Assembly: GCF_964355755.1 (NCBI RefSeq)
Contig: NC_092679.1
Coordinates: forward strand, 20,877,432 to 20,941,431
Source of the DNA: Antedon mediterranea
Taxonomy: Eukaryota; Animalia; Echinodermata
Direction of reading: 5' to 3'
Length of the DNA stretch: 64,000 nt
In this document: piece by piece, positions 62,801 to 64,000 of the stretch
Numbering within the stretch: position 1 is the first letter of the stretch
How the letters are laid out: every line of letters starts with the position of its first letter
Translations under genes and position numbers: made by a program
The notes under the pieces: model-generated
Seen by the model: the letters and a program-made list of their open reading frames with translations, nothing else
Told to the model about the DNA's origin: nothing
Databases searched by the model: none

Positions 62801-64000
62801 TGATCTCTGGGGTAAATCTTCAACGATATTTAACATAAAAAATATTTGTCAAAAACAACTTGGAAATAAACAGGAAGATGTATATTTTGACTTTTGTTGT
62901 ATTCCTCCCATGAGAGAGGTTTTTGGTTCACAGATTAAAGGGGGTGAATTGTGGTTTTGGAAATATTTGGTCTTATTTACACTGTTGAATAAAACACATA
63001 TCTTAAGGGTGGGATCTAGAAATATATAACAAGTGATTTTACATTATAGAAATAGAAATAATAAGTTATTTATGAGAATTGTTTTAGATTTTTTGCACTG
63101 TCATGGTTTAGGTTGAAATTCTAATTTTATACAAGGGAAAGGAGACAGTAAAGTAGTAAATGGAATAGAGCATGTTGAGTAGCATATCCATGTACCTCAT
63201 GAAACAAGCTTAAACCTAGGCATAGGCCTACACAAATCGATTGAGAGAGGGGATACAGTTGACTTGTGGACCCCCTTCTCCTAAATTACAATGCAAAAAG
63301 ATAGGACATTAGATTAAGTCCAGCACTTTATTTTGTGACCATTTTAAGCCCTTGAAACTCCCTCCCTTCTTCCCCTTCCCCCAATTTCGAGTCCCTGCGA
63401 CAGATACTGTGATAGGCAGTATGTTTTACTGAGCTCAGTTCTTTACTGCATTGTAAAGGTAAAAGTAGTCGCACATCATAGCACTACACTGGAGGGGGAG
63501 TGGTGTGCCCACTGTAGTATGACCCCACGGATGATTTAGTGGCAGATTGTACTTGACGTCTATTGATGGCAAGAATGATTAATGGGGGTTAATTTCCATG
63601 CACTGTAGAGTACCTATTTAACACATTTACCATTTTTTCTTGGAACTTTTCATCCGGATATTCATTCGTTTCAATGGTATTTGTCATTATATTCATAGTT
63701 AAATAAACATAAAAGTATGTTAATCTGCCTGGCAGCCCCTGGTACCTTTCTTTTCGTCTTTATTCAAATCACAATTTCATTATGCTTGATGTTTTTGATG
63801 ACTCCCAAATGTTTTCTTGCATAACAATGGTATTCTTGGTAATAAAACCTTTTTAATGCTACTAGAATGATTTTGGTCTTTTATTTAAAGTACAGTACTA
63901 GGTTTCTTATAGATTACCTTTTGCCTATTTTTGATTATTTGATTTTATTTTTATTACAGAAAAGTTTATTATAGATCAGTATAAATTATTATAATGTTAC

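Overview
AT-rich eukaryotic genomic DNA from an invertebrate animal; the TAGGCCTA-rich first introns and a Nin/Deu-domain SINE suggest an echinoderm or related deuterostome (inference). Three multi-exon protein-coding genes could be spliced by hand with consistent intron phases. They are BRMS1L-like (minus, 24626-28970, 9 exons, 326 aa, with a U12 AT-AC minor intron), FSIP1-like (plus, 31448-37700, 10 coding exons, 905 aa, divergent from BRMS1L) and SLC35F6-like (plus, 38337-49602, 13 exons, 406 aa). The first 23 kb is dominated by DNA transposons: nested pogo-like, P-like and hAT MITEs, an IS3EU-type element with a 6-bp TSD, and head-to-tail Helentron/HINE-like units. It also holds a near-identical 4.2-kb tandem duplication and several orphan or decayed ORFs. 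Seven copies of a Harbinger-type MITE, a tRNA-derived SINE, a Kolobok-type MITE, decayed LINE ends and two minisatellites occur further on. The most notable details are a set of tiny P-element-style excision footprints (one with exactly 17-bp arms and a 7-bp TSD), inward-facing promoter/splice-donor cassettes inside the IS3EU TIRs, and a recurring GCGCCCTCAATGT motif. No autonomous transposase or prokaryotic-type system was seen. All homology calls are from recalled sequences, not database searches.
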